A DNA stretch of 64,000 nucleotides from Gammaproteobacteria bacterium (GTDB lineage Bacteria; Pseudomonadota; Gammaproteobacteria; Steroidobacterales; GCA-2729495), in NCBI GenBank assembly GCA_023383705.1, contig JAHDYM010000005.1, forward strand, positions 2,695 to 66,694. The letters run 5' to 3'. The notes under the pieces were generated by a model. It saw only the letters and a list, made by a program, of their open reading frames with translations. It was not told where the DNA came from and ran no database searches. The position numbers and the translations under genes were made by a program. Positions 54,214-62,755 of this stretch are shown here, piece by piece (the first letter of the stretch is position 1; every line of letters starts with the position of its first letter).

Positions 54214-56625
54214 ATGAGTTGGGTAGGAAGCTCCTTGCGACGCAAGGAAGACGATCGGCTGGTACGCGGGCAGGGGCTCTTCGCCGATGACGAACTCGGC
54301 GCCGGCATGCTGCATCTCTACATCCTCCGTTCGCCCTACGCGCATGCGCGCATCCTCAACATCGATACGACGGCCGCCGAAGCCCTGCCGGGCGTGGCCT
54401 GCGTGCTCACTGGCAAGGACATCCTCGCGCACTGCGATCCCTTCATGCAGCTCGGCCCTTCGCCCTGCGACAAGATCCGCGATCTGCCGCTGGCCATCGA
54501 CAAGGCCATCTTCCAGGGCGAGCCGGTGGCGGCAATTGCCGCGACTTCGCCGGCGCTGGCCATGGACGCCGGCCAGCTGATAGAAATCGACTACGAGATG
54601 CTCGATGCGGTGGTGGATGCCGGTGAGGCGCTGGCCGACAAGGTCATCCTGCACGAGGCGGCGGGCACCAACCGCACCTGGCACGGCGTGTATGAATACG
54701 GCGACGTGGAGCAGGCTTTTCGCGATGCGGCCCATGTGGTGCGCATCCCGCGCCTGCATTTCCATCGCTATGCCAGCACGCCGGTGGAAGGCAACGCCTG
54801 CGTGGCCGAATGGACGCGCCAGGGCACCGTCGACTTCCTCTGCAACAATTCCTTCCCCGGTTTTGCCCAGCAGCTGCTGGCCCCCGGCCTGCGGCTGAAG
54901 GTCGACCAGGTGCGCATCCGCACCCACGACATCGGCGGCAGCTTCGGCAACAAGATCTGGAACTACGTCTACATGGCGCTCGCTGCGCTGGCCTCGAAGA
55001 AGGCCGGCGGCCGGCGCGTGAAGTGGGCCGAACTGCGCACCGAGCATCTGCTCGGCAGCGGGCATGGCAACGAGCGGACCTTCCTCGATACCGAGGTGGC
55101 GCTGGACAGCAAGGGCGTGATCACGGCCGTCCGTTCGCGGCATATCGACGATTGCGGCGCCTATACGCGCTATGAGCCGCTGGGCTGCGTGATCTGGTCG
55201 CAGGTGCTGCCCGCCACCTACAAGCTGCGCAATATCCGCATCGACTTCACGCAGGCCGTGACCAACAAGTGCCCGGTGGTGCCGAACCGCGGTTACTCGC
55301 GGATGCAGCAGCTCTGGTTCATGGAGCGCGTCGTCGACATCTGTGCGCATGAGCTGCGGATTCCGGCCGATGAGATGCGCCTGCGCAACTACATCACCGA
55401 GTTCCCCTACGAGACCCCGAACGGCTGCGTCTACGATTCCGGCAACTATCCGGCGATGCTCGCCAAGGCGAAGCAGCTGGTCGACTGGGACAAGTGGCAG
55501 AAGCTGCAGGCGGCTGCCCGTGCGGAAGGCCGGCTGCTCGGCATCGGCATCGGCACGACGCTGGATTCCGGCACCAACAACTTCGGCCAGGCGCAGATCA
55601 TGAATCCGCACCTGCCGTTTTCCGGCAACGCGGAAGTCTGCACCATGCGCCTCGACTTCGACGGCGCCCTGGTCATCTGCCTGGGTACCGGGCCCTCGGG
55701 ACAGGGGCACGAGACCGCGACTTCCCAGGTGGTCGCGGATGAATTCGGCATCGATCCTTCGGCGGTGCAGGTGCGTTCCGGTTTCGACACGGCCTGGAAT
55801 ACCTTCGTCGGCCACTCCGGTACCTATGCCAGCCAGTTCGCGGTCACGGGCCTGTCTGCGGTGTACGGCGCCTGCCAGAAGATGAAGGCCGAGATGCGCA
55901 AGCTGGCCGCCTTCCTGCTCAAGGCGCCTGAAGACCAGATCGAATTCGGCAGCGGCGCGCAGGGACCGGAGGTCCGTGTGCGTGGCACCGACAAGGCGAT
56001 GGGTTACTGGCAGCTGAGCAATGTCATCAACAACAACAACGCCATGCTCGATGCCAGCCTGGCCGATGTGACCCTCAATATCCGCCACGTCTACCGTCCG
56101 CCGTTCAGCGTGCCGGACACGAAGCGCAAGTTCGGCAATCTCACGCTCACCTATGCGGCCCAGCTGCATATCGCGGTGGTCGAGATCAGCCGGGAGACCA
56201 GTCGCGCGCAAATCCTGGCCTACGCGGCGGTGGACGATTGCGGCACGGTCATCAATCCGAAGATCGTCGCCGGCCAGGTGCATGGGGCGACCAGCCACGG
56301 CATCGGCGCGGCGCTGATGGAGAGCTTCAACTACGACGAGAGTGGCAATCTGCTGACCAGCACCTTCAGCGACTACTGTCCGATCACTTCGCTGAACATT
56401 CCGGACATCGCCTACGGCAGCATCCAGACGCCGTCGCCCTTCAGCTACAACGGCGCCAAGGGCATGGGCGAGGGTGGCGGGGCTCCGCTGCACGCGATCT
56501 CGGCCGCAGTCCAGGATGCGCTGTACGAGTCCGGGGTGATCGTGACCGGTTCGCACCACTCGCCCCCGGCGATCTTCGCGGCCCTCCAGGAGCCGAATCG
56601 GGCCCATGCCGTCAGCGTGAAGTAG
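54214..56625 (+). CDS. CoxL/XDH-family molybdopterin-binding large subunit with atypical active-site loop
   Basis: 803 aa. RKEDDRLVRGQG.F.DD opens the protein, and GGSFGNK replaces GGGFGGK. The loop is TNKCPVVPNRGYSRMQ (nt 55264-55308), where CO dehydrogenases carry AYXCSFR and form II enzymes carry AYRGAGR. Confidence 0.85.
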   Translation: MSWVGSSLRRKEDDRLVRGQGLFADDELGAGMLHLYILRSPYAHARILNIDTTAAEALPGVACVLTGKDILAHCDPFMQLGPSPCDKIRDLPLAIDKAIFQGEPVAAIAATSPALAMDAGQLIEIDYEMLDAVVDAGEALADKVILHEAAGTNRTWHGVYEYGDVEQAFRDAAHVVRIPRLHFHRYASTPVEGNACVAEWTRQGTVDFLCNNSFPGFAQQLLAPGLRLKVDQVRIRTHDIGGSFGNKIWNYVYMALAALASKKAGGRRVKWAELRTEHLLGSGHGNERTFLDTEVALDSKGVITAVRSRHIDDCGAYTRYEPLGCVIWSQVLPATYKLRNIRIDFTQAVTNKCPVVPNRGYSRMQQLWFMERVVDICAHELRIPADEMRLRNYITEFPYETPNGCVYDSGNYPAMLAKAKQLVDWDKWQKLQAAARAEGRLLGIGIGTTLDSGTNNFGQAQIMNPHLPFSGNAEVCTMRLDFDGALVICLGTGPSGQGHETATSQVVADEFGIDPSAVQVRSGFDTAWNTFVGHSGTYASQFAVTGLSAVYGACQKMKAEMRKLAAFLLKAPEDQIEFGSGAQGPEVRVRGTDKAMGYWQLSNVINNNNAMLDASLADVTLNIRHVYRPPFSVPDTKRKFGNLTLTYAAQLHIAVVEISRETSRAQILAYAAVDDCGTVINPKIVAGQVHGATSHGIGAALMESFNYDESGNLLTSTFSDYCPITSLNIPDIAYGSIQTPSPFSYNGAKGMGEGGGAPLHAISAAVQDALYESGVIVTGSHHSPPAIFAALQEPNRAHAVSVK

Positions 56626-56711
56626 GTGGCGCCGGCTCTGCCGAACTTGCAGAGCCGATGCGGCAGCGGTAGGGTGCGGCCGACGTCTACACCGCCCCCC
56701 AAGGATGCCGC

Positions 56712-57380
56712 ATGGAACTCTCGAACAAGACTGCCCGCCAGATCTGGGCCGATGTAAAGGCCAATCCCACCCGCGCCCGCTTCGGCTTTGGCCGCAAGGC
56801 GGTGCTCGTCAATATCGACCTCCAGAAGGCCTATACCAAGACCGACGAGTTCGCGACGGCCTATGAGACCGACCCCGAGCAGATCAGCTGGGTAAACCGG
56901 CTTGCCGCGGGTTTCCGGGCGTTGCGCTGGCCGGTGGTGTGGACCCGGGTGTCCTACCTGGAGTCGGGTGAGGATGCCGGTGTATGGGGCACGCGCACCA
57001 ATACGCCGGACTCCCTGCAGAACATCAAGTACGGCTCGCGTCGCGCCGAGTTCGACGACCGCTGTGACATCCAGCCGGGCGACATAATCTATACCAAGCG
57101 CATGCCCTCGCCCTTCTTCGAGACGCCGCTGCAGTCCCTGCTGGTCTGGCACCAGGTCGATACCGTGGTGCTGACCGGTGGTTCCACCTCGGGCTGCATC
57201 CGCGCCGGTGCCGTCGATTCGCTGTCGCGTGGCTACCGCACGATCGTCCCCGAGCAGTGCGTGGCCGACAAGCACGAGAGCTACCACTTCGCCAATCTCA
57301 CTGACCTGATGCTCAAGTACGCCGATGTGGTTGAGGTCCAGTCGGTGCTCGACTACCTCGCCGCGCAGAAGGAGGGCTGA
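56712..57380 (+). CDS. isochorismatase-family cysteine hydrolase (amidase type)
   Basis: 222 aa. The catalytic triad context is LVNIDLQKAY (Asp), KR.PS.F (Lys) and VLTGGSTSGCIRA (Cys). Confidence 0.8.
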   Translation: MELSNKTARQIWADVKANPTRARFGFGRKAVLVNIDLQKAYTKTDEFATAYETDPEQISWVNRLAAGFRALRWPVVWTRVSYLESGEDAGVWGTRTNTPDSLQNIKYGSRRAEFDDRCDIQPGDIIYTKRMPSPFFETPLQSLLVWHQVDTVVLTGGSTSGCIRAGAVDSLSRGYRTIVPEQCVADKHESYHFANLTDLMLKYADVVEVQSVLDYLAAQKEG

Positions 57381-57382
57381 GC

Positions 57383-58336
57383 GTGAGCAATACGGTGTCG
57401 GCGAGCAAGGAAGCACTCGATTACTACCGTCCCTGGCCCTGGGACCGGCGACCGAAGATCACCTGGCCGAACAACGCGCGTATCGCGTTCTGGGTTGCGC
57501 CCAACATCGAGGTGTACGAACTCAATCCGCCGGCCAACGCGTTTCGCACGCCGTGGCCGTATCCCTTTCCTGCCGTCCCGGGCTACTCGATCCGTGACTA
57601 TGGCAACCGGGTTGGCCACATGCGGCAGATGCGCGTGCTGGACAAATACGGTGTGCGCGGCTCGATCTCGCTGAGCAGTGCACTCATCGACCACCATCCG
57701 GAGATCATCGAGCTGTGCAGGGAGCGCAACTGGGAGTTCTTCTCGCATGGCATCTACAACACGCGCTACACCTATGGCCTCAGCGAGGCGCAGGAGAAGG
57801 CGCTGATACAGGATTCCATCGACTCGATCCGCAAGGCGACGGGCGAGGCGCCGGTGGGCTACCTGGCGCCGGCGCTGTCGCACTCCGAGCTGACGGTCGA
57901 CCTGTGGGCCGAGGCGGGCGGCACCTACACCTGCGACCTGTTCCACGACGACCAGCCGACGCCGGTGAAGGTCCGCAGCGGCAAGCCCTTCGTGTCCATT
58001 CCCTATTCGCTGGAACTCAACGACACCATCGCCTACGTCGTCAACAAGATCGAGCCGCGCCGCTACGGGCAGATGATCAAGGATGCCTTCGACCGCCTGT
58101 ATGCCGAGGGTGCGGAGTCGGGTACCGTCATGTGCATCCCGACGCACAACTACCAGGTATCGACGCCGCATCGTCTCAAGGCCTTCGAGGAAGCGCTGGA
58201 GTACATCACCGGCCATCCGGACGTGTGGGTGACCACCGGCCGCGAGATCGCCGACCACTACCTCAAGCATCACTACGCGGCCGCGCAGGCCAGCATTGAG
58301 ACCCTGAACAACGCCACGCACAGGAGTGCCCGCTGA
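57383..58336 (+). CDS. polysaccharide deacetylase-fold protein (PuuE allantoinase-like)
   Basis: 317 aa with GTG start. W.W....ITWPNNARIAF.V..N.E..E is followed by YG.R.G..R and SHG. These are features of the PuuE-like branch. Confidence 0.65.
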   Translation: MSNTVSASKEALDYYRPWPWDRRPKITWPNNARIAFWVAPNIEVYELNPPANAFRTPWPYPFPAVPGYSIRDYGNRVGHMRQMRVLDKYGVRGSISLSSALIDHHPEIIELCRERNWEFFSHGIYNTRYTYGLSEAQEKALIQDSIDSIRKATGEAPVGYLAPALSHSELTVDLWAEAGGTYTCDLFHDDQPTPVKVRSGKPFVSIPYSLELNDTIAYVVNKIEPRRYGQMIKDAFDRLYAEGAESGTVMCIPTHNYQVSTPHRLKAFEEALEYITGHPDVWVTTGREIADHYLKHHYAAAQASIETLNNATHRSAR

Positions 58337-59280
58337 TGGCCTGGACCACACCCGCGGCAACGGGTCCGCTCGACTATCCGAATCGCCGCTATGGCCATGA
58401 CCACGACCGCTACGCGTGGTCGATGCTCACCGACCGTCCGCCGCTGTCCTGGCCGCAGGGCAGGGGCCTGGCGCTGTTTGTCGTCGTGCCGCTGCAGTTC
58501 TTTCCGCTCAACCCGCAGGGCAAGCCGCTGAAGGTTCCGGGCAACATGGTGATGCCTTACCCGGACCTGCGTCATTACACGCTGCGCGACTACGGCAACC
58601 GCGTCGGCATCCATCGGCTGCTGAAGGCGCTCGACGCGGCCTCGGTGGTGCCGACCTTCGCCGTCAACACCCGCCTGTTCGAACGCGAACCGCTGCTCTG
58701 CGAGCAGATCGTCGGGCGCGGCAACGAGATCATGGCCCATTCATGGTCGATGGACACCGTCCATGCCGGTGGACTCGATGAGGCGGCCGAGCGCGAGCTG
58801 GTCCAGCGCTCGGTGGGGCGCCTGCGTGAACTCACCGGGCAACCGGTGCGCGGCTGGCTGAGTCCGGGCAAGCTCAACTCACCCAACACGCCTGACCTGA
58901 TCGCGGCGGCCGGCATCGACTACTTCTGCGACTGGGTCAACGACGAGTTGCCCTACCGCTGGAACACCGCCAGCGGTGCGCTGTGGTCCATGCCGCTGTC
59001 GACCGAAATCAGCGACACCTTCGTCCTGGTCGACAACCTGCATTCCGAGGAGTCGTGGGCCGACCAGGTCTGCGATGCCGCCGACCTGCTGCACGCCGAG
59101 GCTGCGGAGCAGGGCGGGCGCATCCTCACGCTCACGCTCACGCCGTGGTTGCTGGGACAGCCACATCGCATGAAGCACCTCGAGCGCGTGCTCTCGCACG
59201 TGACCGGGCTGGGTGGCGTGTGGTCGGCATCGGGCGCACAGATCCTCGACGCAGCGAAGCCGCAGATCCCGGCACCCTGA
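58336..59280 (+). CDS. polysaccharide deacetylase-fold protein, tandem paralog
   Basis: 314 aa, with ATG overlapping the preceding stop. It has the same layout as the upstream gene (DYGNRVGIHRLL, MAHSW). Confidence 0.65.
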   Translation: MAWTTPAATGPLDYPNRRYGHDHDRYAWSMLTDRPPLSWPQGRGLALFVVVPLQFFPLNPQGKPLKVPGNMVMPYPDLRHYTLRDYGNRVGIHRLLKALDAASVVPTFAVNTRLFEREPLLCEQIVGRGNEIMAHSWSMDTVHAGGLDEAAERELVQRSVGRLRELTGQPVRGWLSPGKLNSPNTPDLIAAAGIDYFCDWVNDELPYRWNTASGALWSMPLSTEISDTFVLVDNLHSEESWADQVCDAADLLHAEAAEQGGRILTLTLTPWLLGQPHRMKHLERVLSHVTGLGGVWSASGAQILDAAKPQIPAP

Positions 59281-59411
59281 TCCGGACGGTCCGGCCTCGT
59301 CTGTAGAGTGGTCACCCGCATGCCTGCGGGGCGGCCCCGTCGGCCATGATTTCGGTACCCTTGTGCGGCTGTCAGGATCGACAGCGCTGATGCGTGCTGG
59401 GGTTTTGCCCG

Positions 59412-60311
59412 ATGAGTGGAAATGCCGTGCAACAGGTGGCCGACGACCCGCTGGTCCCGGTTTCGATCCGGGACAATTTCTATCAGTCCTCGGCCTTCTT
59501 CCCGATGCCCTTCGCGTTGATCACGACGAAGAACGAGGCTGGCGTCACCAGCATCGGTCCGTACTCGCTGGTGTTCCCGCTGGACATCAGCGAGGAACAT
59601 TCGATGCTGCTGGTCAGTCGCGCCAGTTCCAATACGGCGACCAACCTCAGGCGCAACGGCAAGTGCGCGCTGCACTGGATCGAGTTCGACAAGCCGCTGC
59701 TGCAGACGGTGGTGGACCTCGGCTATCCGGGAGTTCCGCCCGAGGAAAAGATGCGCGACGTGCCCTTCGAGCTGATGCCGTCACCGACGCCGCGGTTCCG
59801 CGATGATCCCGACTTCCCGCTGTTGATCAAGGGTGCGTTCCAGATCTTCGAGTGCGAGCTGGATGGTCGCTTTGAATACCATCCGGTGCGCCGTGCGCCG
59901 CGCCAGTTGGTCGAGGATTACCTCGCGCTCAAGGTGAAGAACATCCTGATGCCGGAGAGTTTCAGGCAGAAGTTGCTCGAGCGCCAGGTGTTTCCGGACA
60001 TGCCCATTTCCTACGGTTTCCGTGGCGGCAAGGAGTTCTGGTTTGTCCGCCACGGCGAGCCTTTCCACCTGCCGGTGCCGAAGGGCAAGGGCATGGGCCT
60101 GCCGGGGATCTACCGGATGGCGAACAGCCTCGACAGCGAGGTGGAATTCACCGGCGATGCCTGCGAGTTGCTGACCGCAGTCCCCAGGCCTTTCGTCGAG
60201 TCGGCTCTCAAGGTGTTCGTCGAGATGGCAAAGGAGGGCAAGGTGTCGAAAGTCGATGCCGAGTTCATCAACTCCACCCGCACGCGCTGGAGTACCCGTC
60301 GGGATCCCTAG
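59412..60311 (+). CDS. hypothetical protein, possibly flavin-reductase-like split-barrel domain
   Basis: ATG 59412 (GTG 59394 is the alternative start). The N-terminal ...FPMPFALITTKNEAGVTSIGPYSL...S....T..NL...G.C faintly resembles FMN-binding split-barrel proteins. The C-terminal half is unassigned. Confidence 0.35.
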   Translation: MSGNAVQQVADDPLVPVSIRDNFYQSSAFFPMPFALITTKNEAGVTSIGPYSLVFPLDISEEHSMLLVSRASSNTATNLRRNGKCALHWIEFDKPLLQTVVDLGYPGVPPEEKMRDVPFELMPSPTPRFRDDPDFPLLIKGAFQIFECELDGRFEYHPVRRAPRQLVEDYLALKVKNILMPESFRQKLLERQVFPDMPISYGFRGGKEFWFVRHGEPFHLPVPKGKGMGLPGIYRMANSLDSEVEFTGDACELLTAVPRPFVESALKVFVEMAKEGKVSKVDAEFINSTRTRWSTRRDP

Positions 60312-61339
60312 GGCTTTCGTGCCGATATCCGCCGCCGGGTCTCCGACGGCGTCTCGCCGAAGCGCGCGCGGTAGCACTTGGCAAACTTGCCGAGGTGATT
60401 GAAGCCGCAGGCCAGCGCGATATCCGTGACGCTGCGTCCGCCTGCCGCGGTCATTGCCAGTCCATGGTGCGCCAGGTCGAGACGATGGTCGCGCAGATAC
60501 TCCATGGGGGTCGTCTGCCGGTAGCGCCGGAAACCGGCCTGCAGGGTTCTCTCGCTGACGCCGGCGATCGCGGCCAGGTTCCGCAGCGTGAGGGGCTGGT
60601 CGGCATTGCTGCGGATGTACTGCTCGGCATTGCGGATGTAGACCGGCGCCGGACCGGTGCGTCCGGCCTCGAGTGATTCGCTGTAGTTGTGCGGCAGTTC
60701 CGTCATCACCAGGCTGACGAGTGTCCGTTCCAGCTGGCGGCAGACGGTCGGACTGCTGACGATGCCGGTCTCGCGCTGTTCAAACTCCCGGCACAGGAAG
60801 TACAGGAAGCGCCGCAGGCCCGGTGCGTTGCCGGCGCCCTGATCGGCGGGTTGCGCAAAGTGCAGGGCGGCGGCAACCGGCCGTCCGGTGGTCTCTTCCA
60901 GCCAGGCATGCAGCAGCGCTGCCGGTATGCGCACAGTGAGGTTCACCTCGCCGGCCATGAAGCGCATGGTGGCCGGCCCGGTCGGGTTCATGGCGCGGAT
61001 CAGCTGCGGGTCCAGCGGCCCGGTGAAGCCCTCCTGGCTCAGCGTGCCGGCACCATGCAGCAGTACCAGGAACAGGTAGGAATCGTCCGGGTGTGCTTCG
61101 ATCTGCACGGCGGCGCCATAGTGCAGTGCATGGATGGAGACCTGGCCGAGGCTGGCGCTGCAGTGGCGGAAGGCAACCGGCGGTCGCCGCGCGGTGGGGA
61201 TGACCGAGTGGGGCCACAGGAACCGGGACAGGTGATCACGGGCCGCCAGCAGGTCGCCGGTTTCCAGCACGAGCTGGCCGGGCAGGGGCATGCCGGCCGG
61301 GCGCATGCCGAAGGCGGACTCGTGTGTGGTGTCGTCCAT
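60308..61339 (-). CDS. AraC-family transcriptional regulator
   Basis: 343 aa. The C-terminal double HTH is LTLRNLAAIAGVSERTLQAGFRR...SVTDIALACGFNHLGKFAKCYRARFGETPSETRR. Confidence 0.85.
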   Translation of the reverse strand: MDDTTHESAFGMRPAGMPLPGQLVLETGDLLAARDHLSRFLWPHSVIPTARRPPVAFRHCSASLGQVSIHALHYGAAVQIEAHPDDSYLFLVLLHGAGTLSQEGFTGPLDPQLIRAMNPTGPATMRFMAGEVNLTVRIPAALLHAWLEETTGRPVAAALHFAQPADQGAGNAPGLRRFLYFLCREFEQRETGIVSSPTVCRQLERTLVSLVMTELPHNYSESLEAGRTGPAPVYIRNAEQYIRSNADQPLTLRNLAAIAGVSERTLQAGFRRYRQTTPMEYLRDHRLDLAHHGLAMTAAGGRSVTDIALACGFNHLGKFAKCYRARFGETPSETRRRISARKP

Positions 61340-61517
61340 GCAAGCCTCAATGCGGCGGGCGGGCTACCTTCTGGCCAGCCGGTATCCCGGATACTAGCGC
61401 GGAGTGGCCTGCCGCAGACGGTCCCGGCTGCTTCGGCCAATGCGGCTGCGCAAACCGTATAACGGACCGGCGGGTGGCTTTGTTAGAAACTGCCTGTTCA
61501 GCTGAAGCACAGGACAT

Positions 61518-62747
61518 ATGGGCATGGTCGACTCGGCAACCAGACCGGATGGGGCTCCAGGCCGCAGTTCACAGGCAAAGTCGGGTCAGACGCTGGATCC
61601 GCTCGACCTCTTCGATATTCGTTCCGAACTGGGCGAGGAAGAGCTCCTCGTGCAGGATACGGTTGCACGCTTCGTCGATGACCGGGTGCTGCCGATCATC
61701 CGCGAATGCTTCGAGCAACATCGTTTCCCCCGGGAACTGGTCAGCGAGATCGCCGCGCTCGGTCTGCTCGGGAGCAGTATCGAGGGCTACGACTGCGCCG
61801 GCCTGAACAGCGTCGCCTACGGGCTGATCTGCCAGGAGCTGGAGCGTGGCGACAGCGGCCTGCGCAGCTTCGTCTCGGTGCAGAGCAGCCTGGTCATGTA
61901 TCCGATCCACAGCTTTGGCTCGGAGGCGCAGCGGCAGCGCTGGCTGCCGGCGATGGCGCGCGGCGAGGCCATCGGCTGTTTCGGGCTCACCGAGGCGCAT
62001 GGCGGTTCCGATCCGGCCAGCATGAAGACCCATGCCAAGCGCCAGGGCGGCGACTGGGTGCTGAACGGTTCCAAGATGTGGATCACCAACGGCACCATCG
62101 CCGATGTCGCCGTGGTGTGGGCCCATACCGACGAGGGCATCAAGGGATTCCTGGTCGAGCGCGGGATGCCGGGCTTTGCCGCACCCGAGATCGAGAACAA
62201 GATGTCGCTGCGGGCCTCGGTGACGGCTGCCTTGTTCTTCGACAACGTGCGCATTCCGGAGGCCAACGTGTTGCCTGGCGTGACCGGCCTGCGTGGTCCG
62301 CTGAGCTGCCTGACCCAGGCCCGCTATGGCATCAGCTGGGGTCCGATCGGCAGCGCGCAGGCCTGCCTCAGGGAGCTGCTGGCCTATACCGAGAGCCGCA
62401 AGCTGTTCGGCAGCCCGCTGTCCCACAAGCAACTGATACAGGTGCGGCTCGCCGATATGGCGCGGCGCATCACTACCGCACAGCTGCTGGCGCTGCGTCT
62501 GGGCCGTCTCAAGGACGCGGGTCGCCTGCATCCCACCCAGGTGTCGCTGGCCAAGTGGAACAACGTGCGGATGGCGCTCGACATTGCGCGGGATTGCCGC
62601 GATATGCTGGGCGGCGGCGGTATCAGCGCCGAGTATGTGCCGGTACGGCATATGCTCAATCTCGAGAGCGTGATCACCTACGAGGGCACCGAGTCGGTAC
62701 ACCAGTTGGTGGTCGGCAAGGAGCTCACGGGCGTCAGCGCCTTCTGA
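61518..62747 (+). CDS. gcdH: glutaryl-CoA dehydrogenase (acyl-CoA dehydrogenase family)
   Basis: 409 aa. ...GCFGLTEAHGGSDPASMKT.A......W.LNGSKMWITNG.IADV.VVWA is followed by YEGT..VH.L..G, which is GcdH-like. Confidence 0.85.
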   Translation: MGMVDSATRPDGAPGRSSQAKSGQTLDPLDLFDIRSELGEEELLVQDTVARFVDDRVLPIIRECFEQHRFPRELVSEIAALGLLGSSIEGYDCAGLNSVAYGLICQELERGDSGLRSFVSVQSSLVMYPIHSFGSEAQRQRWLPAMARGEAIGCFGLTEAHGGSDPASMKTHAKRQGGDWVLNGSKMWITNGTIADVAVVWAHTDEGIKGFLVERGMPGFAAPEIENKMSLRASVTAALFFDNVRIPEANVLPGVTGLRGPLSCLTQARYGISWGPIGSAQACLRELLAYTESRKLFGSPLSHKQLIQVRLADMARRITTAQLLALRLGRLKDAGRLHPTQVSLAKWNNVRMALDIARDCRDMLGGGGISAEYVPVRHMLNLESVITYEGTESVHQLVVGKELTGVSAF

Positions 62748-62755
62748 GTGGGCTT

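Noticed and set aside
53935-56607. 890-aa minus-strand ORF antisense to the CoxL-like gene, plus similar long shadows at 44853-46616, 8040-9410, 3814-4974 and 4670-6103
   Set aside because: These are shadow ORFs of well-supported genes on the other strand. Their products have biased composition and no domain signatures.
54214-56625. Annotating the coxMSG-L-like operon as aerobic carbon monoxide dehydrogenase
   Set aside because: The large subunit lacks the AYXCSFR Cu-binding loop. No coxDEF-type maturation genes are adjacent. The downstream genes are amidohydrolases.
61706-62755. Upstream 350 codons of the 715-aa ORF containing the second AraC regulator
   Set aside because: This part overlaps gcdH out of frame and has no motif content. 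The AraC-type N-domain begins just after the gcdH stop, so GTG 62756 (or GTG 62810) was taken as the start.
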